A stretch of DNA of 64,000 nucleotides from NCBI GenBank assembly GCA_965235115.1, contig OZ249436.1:54252001-54316000 (forward strand), given 5' to 3'. The notes beneath the pieces are model-generated. The model was given only the letters and a program-made list of their open reading frames with translations, was not told the origin of the DNA and ran no database searches. Positions 13,047 to 26,309 of the stretch are shown here, in pieces; the stretch's first letter is position 1; the number at the start of each line of letters is the position of its first letter. Position numbers and translations under genes: made by a program. This DNA is from Laetmonice hystrix. Its lineage: Eukaryota.

Positions 13047-13627
13047 GTCTGAACTGTAGAAGCATTGTTTCGCTATATACCAGTAATTGTATTTTTCTCT
13101 GAAAGATTGGGAAAGGTGGAAAGAATATAAATGCCAACTCGACCCTGAAATGAACACCAGCCACTTTGGTCATATATGACACATCACATGATCAGTGGTG
13201 TCTGGTCTGATAGTGTCCCAGTAGTTGGGAAAATCATCATAACTTGCCCCTAATTTTGTTAAGTTTTAGTGAATGTTACATCCCTCGTCTAATATGAGCG
13301 ATTGTGTGGTGAGGGGAGAACGAAAGAAAAATCAGAAAAATAGCAATACGTGTGTATCCACATTACCCACGAGTTAATTTCCAGTCCTCTTCTACCGTAA
13401 ATTTCCGCCTTTTTCTTAACCGAAAGGATCATCGCGTATCATATAACAATTTGGGTGTAGAGGCCTATAAAGTTTTTCCTCTTTTTTTGTTTGTTTTTCA
13501 TTATTGGCCTGTCTGGTCCCTGCCTTGAAAGGTAAATCAAGATCATGCATTTTTTCAATGGCCTGTCTCCAAAACAGTAGATAGGGATATACTCTTGCAT
13601 GAAACATTACATAATGGCCAGGGATGG

Positions 13628-14015
13628 GTGGTGGGTAGGGTATTTGGGGTTTTACGCCTTGCAACAGCCAGGGTCATATCACGGCGCTGAAGATGGTGAT
13701 GATACTCAGTTTTTCTTGGTGGAGGAAACCGGAGGACCCGGAGGGAAGGAACTGACTGACAAACCTTTCACACATGCAGCCCAGGGGCCCGACTCACTAA
13801 AGGCTGGTTAATAACCAGGTCGTTATTTAACATAGGAGTGAATGAAAGGCTGCTGGTTACTGTAACCAGCAGCCTTCCATTCACTCCTATGTTAATTTAA
13901 CGATCTGGTTATTAACCAGCCTTTAGTGAGACGGGCCCCAGGACAGCAGTGGTGTGAGGCCATGGTCCTAGGTGTCATGAGCCAATACCTTAGACCACTC
14001 GGCCACCCGAGGCCC
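13628..14015 (-). mobile_element. tRNA-derived SINE (V-domain-like core), interrupted by a MITE
   Basis: Minus strand starts GGGCCTCGGGTGGCCGAGTGGTCTAAGG (A-box-like tRNA head), central CCGGGTCCTCCGGTTTCCTCCACC motif, simple-repeat tail; flanked by direct repeats GGCCAGGGATGG at 13616-13627 and 14016-14027 (TSD). Confidence 0.75.
13785..13938. mobile_element. Foldback MITE, PIF/Harbinger-like, 154 bp, inserted in the SINE
   Basis: Near-perfect palindrome over its full length (GGGCCCGACTCACTAAAGGCTGGTTAATAACCAG ... CTGGTTATTAACCAGCCTTTAGTGAGACGGGCCC) with 3-bp TSD CAG at 13782-13784 and 13939-13941. Confidence 0.88.
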
Positions 14016-14620
14016 GGCCAGGGATGGATGGCAAACGTCAAACACATTCTATATACCCAAATTGCCACTTGGTGACCATCTTGGATAGGGCATATAAACT
14101 CATGTGGAGCAATAACTCAAATTTATCTTGATTTCTGTCAAACTTGGTGACAAGAGAAGGCATACAATTTATTTTGTGTTCAGATTAAGTATAAGTCAGT
14201 GTTGAAGATAACCATATACCATTCTCACCCTCGCTTCCTTTCGGCAATCTTCGTTCGTTCGGGGAAAGCACTCTCAGTCACAGATTACATATCACTCGCG
14301 GGCCAAATAGGAACATGCACGCCACCTAACTCGTTCAGTTCGTTCAGTAGGCCTAGGCCTATCGAAGAGGGGCATCAAGCAGTGATATTTCTTTATTTAA
14401 AATTACGCTGGGTGTTTGTCTTTCGATTAACTACCCGTTCGGCTAGTGTCACGGGGAAATCCGTCGTATAGCTTCTCAAAAGAAATATGCCCAGCTCAGA
14501 AAGCTGTGTCTGGTGGTTTACCCAGGTTCTCGTGTAGGATCTGTGAGCGTTCATTTCAGCAAATGGGCGCGAATGTGAGCGTGAACCATATTACAACACG
14601 TACTTTCTATAAACAGGGTT

Positions 14621-14806
14621 ATTTCTCCATGGTAACTTCAAGACAAAATTTTGGGTAGGGGTTCGGGTTAAGGTCAGGGATAGGGATAGGGATAGGATAG
14701 GGATCATGTTTTTGGGAGGTGTAGGGACTGGGATTAGGGATAAGGTCGGGGCTATGGATCTCTACTTTCGACCAAATTTTGTGGGGTTTAAGTTACCACG
14801 GGGGAT
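14621..14806. mobile_element. Small inverted-repeat element with a degenerate telomere-like G-rich core (one per A segment, 6 copies)
   Basis: CTCCATGGTAACTT...ACAAAATTT versus AAATTTTGT...AAGTTACCACGGGG flank GGGTAGGGGTTCGGGTTAAGGTCAGGGATAGGGATAGGG repeats. Confidence 0.6.
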
Positions 14807-15592
14807 GTGTACCATAAACACTGGTTAGGAAGTCATAATTACGTTTCACTATTTCCCTTTACATTGAGTGACCTTGTGACGTCAATCAAGGTTAGGGAGA
14901 TTTTCGACGATTCAATCAAGAAACACTTCACGATCACTAGGCCCCTATTTACTACAAATGATGGATGACGACAAGAAGTTTCTTTGTGACTCATGTATCA
15001 AAGATGTTCTTGCATGGACTGTATCTAATAAAATAAAGTACAATGTATATCATATCATACAGGTTGGTAGGCCTACGCAATGAACACAACTGGACAATAG
15101 GAACACTTCAGTTTTACACGTTTTCAGCTTCATTTTTCGATTTAGTCTGACCATAAATTTGCCACATGATTTAGAGCGTAGCCCTTTCCTTTGACATATC
15201 ACCCAGTTCATGATCATCTCCGTTTAGTGGCGGTCGCCACATAATTTAAGTGGCGGCCGCCAGATTTCCTTTTTGTTTCTTTTTTTTTTGCGCTGGCAAA
15301 GATATAAACCGTGTGGCAATGCAGGTCTTTCGTAGAGCCCCCCTGTTTCCGTTCCTGAAAAGGAAATTTATAGGGGAGGGCCCCATTTGGGCTCCGTCTT
15401 GTGCTGCCACCTAACGACGCCTGAAATCAATCACCCGGAATTGACGGTAGACGGTGCGAGTGTATGGATAGCTCCAGCTGCAGGAAGTGGGCTGTACGCA
15501 TACAGGATTGGAACTTATATTTACATAGAGGAGAAGTTATTTTATTAGACTCTTTCAATAATTTGTGACCAGTCAAATACAAATGTAGGCTA

Positions 15593-18500
15593 CACATCAC
15601 AACCATATATCTGTAGCGAACGTACGAGACCTATACGTTTGACAGTTATACATCTGGCCTAAGAATCATAATTTTGGGGGGCGTAGTTTCAATTTGACGT
15701 ATCAAAAATGTAGCAATTTTTCGCTTATCATTGCTTTAACCTGTCTCTCGCCTAAGAGCCACATGCAGGTGCCTGCCAGCCCGGCCAGGTGTACGTGGTG
15801 ATTCCACCGCTGGCCGGAAGGCGGCAGTGCAGTCAGTGGAGCTGCGCTGCACCCTGGTGTTTTCTGCCTGCAAAATCTCTGTGTAATCTTTCCTTGTCTG
15901 TTTGTTATTTTTGGGATGGGATATCTTATATAGAGAAGGCGTACAACGTCATTTGCCATTGTTAACGAAACCTTGACGGCAAACAGTCATTTGGACGACC
16001 TGACAACGATGTCGGACGCTTACAGATGGTCTGTAGGGGACACAGATTAGATAGGAGTAGATGATAGACGAAACGTATGGCCTGCCTCCTGGACAGTAAA
16101 GGCATGGAAACATGAAACATGAGGCGTCCCTATACTACTGGCTACTCTTGTATACAAGCAAACGGTACAGGGAGGCCAAACAGAACAGGGAGGAATTACT
16201 AGAAGGTATACTGGCTGCCCTAGCACCCAAGCGAACACTACAGTGAGGCCAAAGAGTACATTGAGGCCAAAGAGTAGACTGTGGGGCCAAGTAGTGTGGG
16301 AGGCCAACCAGTAGAGTGAGAAGCCCCTACATCTTACCGGCTGGCCTATAGTAGCCATGCAAACACTACAGTGAGGTAGTACAAATGAAAGGTACAGGCG
16401 AGGAGCATCTAATGTTAAAATCTGGAGAAAATACTCAAATGAGAAGTTATCACATCACAACCATATATCTGTAGCGAACGTACGAGACCTATACGTTTGA
16501 CAGTTATACATCTGGCCTAAGAATCATAATTTTGGGGGGCGTACTTTCAATTTGACGTATCAAAAATGTAGCCATTTTTCGCTTATCATTGCTTTAACCT
16601 GTCTCTCGCCTAAGAGCCACAGGTGCCTGCCAGCCCGGCCAGGTGTACGTGGTGATTCCACCGCTGGCCGAAAAGGCGGCAGTGCAGTCAGTGGAGCTGC
16701 GCTGCACCCTGGTGTTTTCTTCCTGCAAAATCTCTGTGTAATCTTTCCTTGTCTGTTTGTTATTTTTGGGATGGGATATCTTATATAGAGAAGGCGTACA
16801 ACGTCATTTGCCATTGTTAACTAAACCTTGACGGCAAACAGTCATTGGGACGACCTGACAACGATGTCGGACGCTTACAGATGGTCTGTAGGGGACACAG
16901 ATTAGATGGGAGTAGATGATAGACGAAACGTATGGCCTGCCTCCTGGACAGTAAAGGCATGGAAACATGAAACATGAGGCGTCCCTATACTATTGGCTAC
17001 TCTTGTATACAAACAAACGGTACAGGGAGGCCCAACAGAACAGGGAGGAATTACTAGAAGGTATACTGGCTGGCCTAGCACCCAAGCGAACACTACAGTG
17101 AGGCCAAAGAGTACAGTGAGGCCAAAGAGTAGACTGTGGGGCCAAGTAGTGTGGGAGGCCAACCAGTAGAGTGAGAAGCCCCTACATCTTACCGGCTGGC
17201 CTATAGTAGCCATGCAAACACTACAGTGAGGTAGTACAAATGAAAGGTACAGGCGAGGAGCATCTAATGTTAAAATCTGGAGAAGATACTCAAATGAGAA
17301 GTTATCACATCACAACCATACGCCCTATATCTGTAGCGAACGTACGAGCCTATACGTTTGACAGTTATACATCTGGCCTAAGAATCATAATTTTGGGGGG
17401 CGTAGTTTCAATTTGACGTATCAAAAATGTAGCAATTTTTCGCTTATCATTGCTTTAACCTGTCTCTCGCCTAAGAGCCACATGCAGGTGCCTGCCAGCC
17501 CGGCCAGGTGTACGTGGTGATTCCACCGCTGGCCGGAAGGCGGCAGTGCAGTCAGTGGAGCTGCGCTGCACCCTGGTGTTTTCTGCCTGCAAAATCTCTG
17601 TGTAATCTTTCCTTGTCTGTTTGTTATTTTTGGGATGGGATATCTTATATAGAGAAGGCGTACAACGTCATTTGCCATTGTTAACTAAACCTTGACGGCA
17701 AACAGTCATTTGGACGACCTGACAACGATGTCGGACGCTTACAGATGGTCTGTAGGGGACACAGATTAGATAGGAGTAGATGATAGACGAAACGTATGGC
17801 CTGCCTCCTGGACAGTAAAGGCATGGAAACATGAAACATGAGGCGTCCCTATACTACTGGCTACTCTTGTATACAAGCAAACGGTACAGGGAGGCCAAAC
17901 AGAACAGGGAGGAATTACTAGAAGGTATACTGGCTGCCCTAGCACCCAAGCGAACACTACAGTGAGGCCAAAGAGTACATTGAGGCCAAAGAGTAGACTG
18001 TGGGGCCAAGTAGTGTGGGAGGCCAACCAGTAGAGTGAGAAGCCCCTACATCTTACCGGCTGGCCTATAGTAGCCATGCAAACACTACAGTGAGGTAGTA
18101 CAAATGAAAGGTACAGGCGAGGAGCATCTAATGTTAAAATCTGGAGAAAATACTCAAATGAGAAGTTATCACATCACAACCATATATCTGTAGCGAACGT
18201 ACGAGACCTATACGTTTGACAGTTATACATCTGGCCTAAGAATCATAATTTTGGGGGGCGTAGTTTCAATTTGACGTATCAAAAATGTAGCCATTTTTCG
18301 CTTATCATTGCTTTAACCTGTCTCTCGCCTAAGAGCCACAGGTGCCTGCCAGCCCGGCCAGGTGTACGTGGTGATTCCAGCGCTGGCCGAAAAGGCGGCA
18401 GTGCAGTCAGTGGAGCTGCGCTGCACCCTGGTGTTTTCTTCCTGCAAAATCTCTGTGTAACCTTTCCTTGTCTGTTTGTTATTTTTGGGATGGGATATCT

Positions 18501-21500
18501 TATATAGAGAAGGCGTACAACGTCATTTGCCATTGTTAACTAAACCTTGACGGCAAACAGTCATTGGGACGACCTGACAACGATGTCGGACGCTTACAGA
18601 TGGTCTGTAGGGGACACAGATTAGATGGGAGTAGATGATAGACGAAACGTATGGCCTGCCTCCTGGACAGTAAAGGCATGGAAACATGAAACATGAGGCG
18701 TCCCTATACTATTGGCTACTCTTGTATACAAGCAAACGGTACAGGGAGGCCCAACAGAACAGGGAGGAATTACTAGAAGGTATACTGGCTGGCCTAGCAC
18801 CCAAGCGAACACTACAGTGAGGCCAAAGAGTACAGTGAGGCCAAAGAGTACACTGTGTGGCCAAGCAGTGTGGGAGGCCAACCAGTAGAGTGAGAAGCCC
18901 CTACATCTTACCGGCTGGCCTATAGTAGCCATGCAAACACTATAGTGAGGTAGTACAAATGAAAGGTACAGGCGAGGAGCATCTAATGTTAAAATCTGGA
19001 GAAGATACTCAAATGAGAAGTTATCACATCACAACCATACGCCCTATATCTGTAGCGAACGTACGAGACCTATACGTTTGACAGTTATACATCTGGCCTA
19101 AGAATCATAATTTTGGGGGGCGTAGTTTCAATTTGACGTATCAAAAATGTAGCAATTTTTCGCTTATCATTGCTTTAACCTGTCTCTCGCCTAAGAGCCA
19201 CATGCAGGTGCCTGCCAGCCCGGCCAGGTGTACGTGGTGATTCCACCGCTGGCCGGAAGGCGGCAGTGCAGTCAGTGGAGCTGCGCTGCACCCTGGTGTT
19301 TTCTGCCTGCAAAATCTCTGTGTAATCTTTCCTTGTCTGTTTGTTATTTTTGGGATGGGATATCTTATATAGAGAAGGCGTACAACGTCATTTGCCATTG
19401 TTAACTAAACCTTGACGGCAAACAGTCATTTGGACGACCTGACAACGATGTCGGACGCTTACAGATGGTCTGTAGGGGACACAGATTAGATAGGAGTAGA
19501 TGATAGACGAAACGTATGGCCTGCCTCCTGGACAGTAAAGGCATGGAAACATGAAACATGAGGCGTCCCTATACTACTGGCTACTCTTGTATACAAGCAA
19601 ACGGTACAGGGAGGCCAAACAGAACAGGGAGGAATTACTAGAAGGTATACTGGCTGCCCTAGCACCCAAGCGAACACTACAGTGAGGCCAAAGAGTACAT
19701 TGAGGCCAAAGAGTAGACTGTGGGGCCAAGTAGTGTGGGAGGCCAACCAGTAGAGTGAGAAGCCCCTACATCTTACCGGCTGGCCTATAGTAGCCATGCA
19801 AACACTACAGTGAGGTAGTACAAATGAAAGGTACAGGCGAGGAGCATCTAATGTTAAAATCTGGAGAAAATACTCAAATGAGAAGTTATCACATCACAAC
19901 CATATATCTGTAGCGAACGTACGAGACCTATACGTTTGACAGTTATACATCTGGCCTAAGAATCATAATTTTGGGGGGCGTAGTTTCAATTTGACGTATC
20001 AAAAATGTAGCCATTTTTCGCTTATCATTGCTTTAACCTGTCTCTCGCCTAAGAGCCACAGGTGCCTGCCAGCCCGGCCAGGTGTACGTGGTGATTCCAC
20101 CGCTGGCCGGAAGGCGGCAGTGCAGTCAGTGGAGCTGCGCTGCACCCTGGTTTTTTCTGCATGCAAAATCTCTGTGTAATCTTTCCTTGTCTGTTTGTTA
20201 TTTTTGGGATGGGATATCTTATATAGAGAAGGCGTACAACGTCATTTGCCATTGTTAACTAAACCTTGACGGCAAACAGTCATTGGGACGACCTGACAAC
20301 GATGTCGGACGCTTACAGATGGTCTGTAGGGGACACAGATTAGATGGGAGTAGATGATAGACGAAACGTATGGCCTGCCTCCTGGACAGTAAAGGCATGG
20401 AAACATGAAACATGAGGCGTCCCTATACTATTGGCTACTCTTGTATACAAGCAAACGGTACAGGGAGGCCCAACAGAAAAGGGAGGAATTACTAGAAGGT
20501 ATACTGGCTGGCCTAGCACCCAAGCGAACACTACAGTGAGGCCAAAGAGTACAGTGAGGCCAAAGAGTACACTGTGTGGCCAAGCAGTGTGGGAGGCCAA
20601 CCAGTAGAGTGAGAAGCCCCTACATCTTACCGGCTGGCCTATAGTAGCCATGCAAACACTATAGTGAGGTAGTACAAATGAAAGGTACAGGCGAGGAGCA
20701 TCTAATGTTAAAATCTGGAGAAGATACTCAAATGAGAAGTTATCACATCACAACCATACGCCCTATATCTGTAGCGAACGTACGAGACCTATACGTTTGA
20801 CAGTTATACATCTGGCCTAAGAATCATAATTTTGGGGGGCGTAGTTTCAATTTGACGTATCAAAAATGTAGCAATTTTTCGCTTATCATTGCTTTAACCT
20901 GTCTCTCGCCTAAGAGCCACATGCAGGTGCCTGCCAGCCCGGCCAGGTGTACGTGGTGATTCCACCGCTGGCCGGAAGGCGGCAGCGCAGTCAGTGGAGC
21001 TGCGCTGCACCCTGGTGTTTTCTGCTTGCAAAATCTCTGTGTAATCTTTCCTTGTCTGTTTGTTATTTTTGGGATGGGATATCTTATATAGAGAAGGCGT
21101 ACAACGTCATTTGCCATTGTTAACTAAACCTTGACGGCAAACAGTCATTTGGACGACCTGACAACGATGTCGGACGCTTACAGATGGTCTGTAGGGGACA
21201 CAGATTAGATAGGAGTAGATGATAGACGAAACGTATGGCCTGCCTCCTGGACAGTAAAGGCATGGAAACATGAAACATGAGGCGTCCCTATACTATTGGC
21301 TACTCTTGTATACAAGCAAACGGTACAGGGAGGCCAAACAGAACAGGGAGGAATTACTAGAAGGTATACTGGCTGCCCTAGGACCCAAGCGAACACTACA
21401 GTGAGGCCAAAGAGTACATTGAGGCCAAAGAGTACACTGTGGGGCCAAGTAGTGTGGGAGGCCAACCAGTAGAGTGAGAAGCCCCTACATCTTACCGACT

Positions 21501-24500
21501 GGCCTATAGTAGCCATGCAAACACTACAGTGAGGTAGTACAAATGAAAGGTACAGGCGAGGAGCATCTAATGTTAAAATCTGGAGAAGATACTCAAAGGA
21601 GAAGTTATCACATCACAACCATATATCTGTAGCGAACGTACGAGACCTATACGTTTGACAGTTATACATCTGGCCTAAGAATCATAATTTTGGGGGGCGT
21701 AGTTTCAATTTGACGTATCGAAAATGTAGCCATTTTTCGCTTATCATTGCTTTAACCTGTCTCTCGACTAAGAGCCACAGGTGCCTGCCAGCCCGGCCAG
21801 GTGTACGTGGTGATTCCACCGCTGGCCGGAAGGCGGCAGTGCAGTCAGTGGAGCTGCGCTGCACCCTGGTGTTTTCTGCCTGCAAAATCTCTGTGTAATC
21901 TTTCCTTGTCTGTTTGTTATTTTTGGGATGGGATGTCTTATATAGAGAAGGCGTACAACGTCATTTGCCATTGTTAACTAAACCTTGATGGCAAACAGTC
22001 ATTGGGACGACCTGACAACGATGTCGGTCGCTTACAGATGGTCTGTAGGGGACACAGATTAGATGGGAGTAGATGATAGACGAAACGTATGGCCTGCCTC
22101 CTGGACAGTAAAGGCATGGAAACATGAAACATGAGGCATCCCTATACTATTGGCTACTCTTGTATACAAGCAAACGGTACAGGGAGGCCCAACAGAACAG
22201 GGAGGAATTACTAGAAGGTATACTGGCTGGCCTAGCACCCAAGCGAACACTACAGTGAGGCCAAAGAGTACAGTGAGGCCAAAGAGTACACTGTGGGGCC
22301 AAGCAGTCTGGGAGGCCAACCAGTAGAGTGAGAAGCCCCTACATCTTACCGGCTGGCCTATAGTAGCCATGCAAACACTACAGTGAGGTAGTACAAATGA
22401 AAGGTACAGGCGAGGAGCATCTAATGTTAAAATCTGGAGAAGATACTCAAATGAGAAGTTATCATATCACAACCATATATCTGTAGCGAACGTACGAGAC
22501 CTATAGTTTGACAGTTATACATCTGGCCTAAGAATCATAATTTTGGGGGGCGTAGTTTCAATTTGACGTATCAAAAATGTAGCCATTTTTCGCTTATCAT
22601 TTCTTTAACCTGTCTTTCGCCTAAGAGCCACAGGTGCCTGCCAGTCCGGCCAGGTGTACGTGGTGATTCCACCGCTGGCCGGAAGGCGGCAGTGCAGTCA
22701 GTGGAGCTGCGCTGCACCCTGGTGTTTTCTGCCTGCAAAATCTCTGTGTAATCTTTCCTTGTCTGTTTGTTATTTTGGGGATGGGATATCTTATATAGAG
22801 AAGGCGTACAACGTCATTTGCCATTGTTAACTAAACCTTGACGGCAAACAGTCATTGGGACGACCTGACAACGTTGTCGGACGCTTACAGATGGTCTGTA
22901 GGGGACACAGATTAGATGGGAGTAGATGATAGACGAAACGAATGGCCTGCCTCCTGGACAGTAAAGGCATGGAAACATGAAACATGAGGCGTCCCTATAC
23001 TACTGGCTACTCTTGTATACAAGCAAACGGTACAGGGAGGCCAAAGAGAACAGGGAGGAATTACTAGAAGGTATACTGGCTGGCCTAGGACCCAAGCGAA
23101 CACTACAGTGAGGCCAAAGAGTACATTGAGGCCAAAGAGTACACTGTGGGGCCAAGTAGTGTGGGAGGCCAACCAGTAGAGCGAGAAGCCCCTACATCTT
23201 ACCGGCTGGCCTATAGTAGCCATGCAAACACTACAGTGAGGTAGTACAAATGAAAGGTACAGGCGAGGAGCATCTAATGTTAAAATCTGGAGAAGATACT
23301 CAAATGAGAAGTTATCACATCACAACCATTTATCTGTAGCGAACGTACGAGACCTATACGTTTGACAGTTATACATCTGGCCTAAGAATCATAATTTTAG
23401 GGGCGTAGTTTTAATTTGACGTATCAAAAATGTAGCCATTTTTCGCTTATCATTGCTTTAACCTGTCTCTCGCCTAAGAGCCACAGGTGCCTGCCAGCCC
23501 GGCCAGGTGTACGTGGTGATTCCACCGCTTTCCGGAAGGCGGCAGGGCAGTCAGCGCCGCCGCCGTCGCTTCTGTGGAGCTGCGCTGCACCCAGGTGTTT
23601 TCTGCCAGCAATATCTCTCTGTAATCTTTCCTTGTCTGTTTGTTATTTTGAGGATGGGATATCTGATATAGAGAAGGCGTACAACGTCATTTGCCATTGT
23701 TAACTAAACATTGACGGCAAACAGTCATTGGGACGACCTGACAACGTTGTCGGACGCTTACAGATGGTCTGTAGGGGACACAGATTAGATGGGAGTAGAT
23801 GATAGACGAAACGTATGGCCTGCCTCCTGGACAGTAAAGGCATGGAAACATGAAACATGAGGCGTCCCTATACTATTGGCTACTCTTGTATACAAGCAAA
23901 CGGTACAGGGAGGCCCAACAGAACAGGGAGGAATTACTAGAAGGTATACTGGCTGGCCTAGCACCCAAGCGAACACTACAGTCAGGCCAAAGAGGACAGT
24001 GAGGCCAAAGAGTACACTGTGGGGCCAAGTAGTGTGGGAGGCCAACCAGTAGAGTGAGAAGCCCCTACATCTTACCGGCTGGCCTATAGTAGCCATGCAA
24101 ACACTACAGTGAGGTAGTACAAATGAAAGGTACAGGCGAGGAGCATCTAATGTTAAAATCTGGAGAAGATACTCAAATGAGAAGTTATCACATCACAACC
24201 ATATATCTGTAGCGAACGTACGAGACCTATACGTTTGACAGTTATACATCTGGCCTAAGAATCATAATTTTGGGTGGCGTCTTTTCAATTTGACGTATCA
24301 AAATTGTTCGCTTATCATTGCTTTAACCTGTCTCTCGCCTAAGAGCCACAGGTGCCTGCCAGCCCGGCCAGGTGTACGTGGTGATTTCACCGCTAGCCGG
24401 AAGGTAGCAGTGCAGTCGGAGCCGCCGCCGCCGCTTCAGCAGAGCCGCGCTGCAGCCTGGTGTTTTCTGCCTGCAACATTTCTGTGTAATCTTTCTTTGT

Positions 24501-25903
24501 TTGTTTGTTACTTGGGGATGCGATATCTGATATAGAGAAGGCGTACAACGTCATTTGCCATTGTTAACTAAACCTTGACGGCAAACAGTCATTGCGACGA
24601 CCTGACAACGTTGTCGGACGCTTACAGATGGTCTGTAGGGGACACAGATTAGATGGGAGTATGAAACGTATGGCCTGCCTCCTGGACAGTAAAGGCATGG
24701 AAACATGAAACATGAGGCGTCCCTATACTACTGGCTACGCTTGTATACAAGCAAATGGTACAGGGAGGCCAAACAGTACAGAGAGGTATTGCTACAAGGT
24801 ATACTGGCTGGCCTAGCACCCAAGCGAACACTACAGTGAGGCCAAAGAGTACAGTGAGGCCAAAGAGTACACTGTGGGGCCAAGCAGTGTGGGAGGCCAA
24901 CCAGTAGAGTGAGAAGTCCCTACATCTTACCGGCTGGCCTATAGTAGCCATGCAAACACTACAGTGAGGTAGTAGAAATGAAAGGTACAGGCGAGGAGCA
25001 TCTAATGTTAAAATCTGGAGAAGATACTCAAATGGGAAGTGTACACATCACAAGCATAGGCCTATATCTGTAGCGAACGTACGAGACCTATACGTTTGAC
25101 AGTTATACATCTGGCCTGAGAATCATAATTTTGGGGGGCGTAGTTTCAATTTGACGTATCAAAAATGTAGCCATTTTTCGCTTATCATTGCTTTAACCTG
25201 TCTCTCGCCTAAGAGCCACAGGTGCCTGCCAGCCCGGACAGGTGTACGTGGTGATTCCACCGCTGGCCGGAAGGCGGCAGTGCAGTCAGTGGAGCTGCGC
25301 TGCACCCTGGTGTTTTATGCCTGCAACATCTCTGTGTAATCTTTGTTTGTTTGTTTGTTATTTTGGGGATGGGATATCTGATATAGAGAAGGCGTACAAT
25401 GTCATTTGCCATTGCTAACTAAACCTTGACGGCAAACAGTCATTGCGACGACCTGTCAACGTTGTCGGACGCTTACAGATGGTCTGTAGGGGACACAGAT
25501 TAGATGGGAGTAGATGATAGACGAAACGTATGGCCTGCCTCCTGGACAGTAAAGGCATGGAAACATGAAACATGAGGCGTCCCTATACTACTGGCTACTC
25601 TTGTATACAAGCAAATGGTACAGGGAGGCCAAACAGTACAGAGAGGAATTGCTACAAGGTATATTGGCTGGCCTAGCACCCAAGCGAACACTACAGTGAG
25701 GCCAAAGAGTACAGTGAGGCCAAACAGTACACTGTGGGGCCAAGCCGTGTGGGAGGCCAACCAGTCGAGTGAGAAGTCCCTACATCTTACCGGCGGCATG
25801 GCCTAGTAGACATGCAAACACTACAGTGAGGTAGTGGAAATGAAAGGTACAGGCGAGGAGCATCTAATGTTAAAATCTGGAGAAGATACTCAAATGGGAA
25901 GTG
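15593..25903. repeat. Tandem satellite of 12 x ~860-bp B units, the first ~8 organised as a ~1719-bp dimer
   Basis: Unit start CACATCACAACCATATATCTGTAGCGAACG recurs every 853-873 bp; the same minus-strand ORF ends at 16047, 16902, 17766, 18621, 19486, 20340, 21205, 22059, 22912, 23785, 24649, 25500. Confidence 0.97.
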
Positions 25904-26181
25904 TATATTCAGTTACCCTCGTCTCGGACTCGAACTTTACGGGCTATTTGGTCGGCCTCTAGAAACAGCGACGCAAAGACAGCGCATTCAGCGCCTGACA
26001 TTCTGACTACTTTTGAGGTCAATCAATTTATCACCAAGCCAAGGCTGTCCATTTGTCGCTATGTCGCATTAATGGAACAACAACAACAACGCAAATGCGA
26101 CAAGGAAAAAAGCATTTTGTGAGACAAAAGTGGTGACCTGTGACAAAAGTGGTAAAAATGACAAAAGTGGTTGCTTCAGTA

Positions 26182-26302
26182 GATAAGATAAGATAAGATA
26201 AGAGATATGTTTATTAGCAACCATAAAAGTATAGTTGGATTTGGTACAATAGGATATTTAAAAAATGAATAAGTATCAATACATTGGTAGAATTGATTAA
26301 GA
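26182..26302 (-). mobile_element. 5'-truncated non-LTR retroposon 3' end (121 bp) with (TCTTA)n tail
   Basis: Minus strand ends AATAAACATATCTCTTATCTTATCTTATCTTATC; flanked by CAGTA at 26177-26181 and 26303-26307; the last C copy has the empty site (single CAGTA at 49107-49111). Confidence 0.75.
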
Positions 26303-26309
26303 CAGTATA

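Noticed and set aside
14653..14752. True interstitial telomere
   Set aside because: Repeats are degenerate (mostly GGGATA) and enclosed by inverted repeats; better explained as the core of a small element.
16241..16310. CRISPR-like array from CAGTGAGGCCAAAGAGTA sub-repeats
   Set aside because: Head-to-tail 18-bp degenerate repeats without unique spacers, in a eukaryotic context with no cas genes.
16372..16381. let-7 microRNA (TGAGGTAGTA in B units)
   Set aside because: Only 10 nt match; the rest of mature let-7 and a precursor hairpin are absent.
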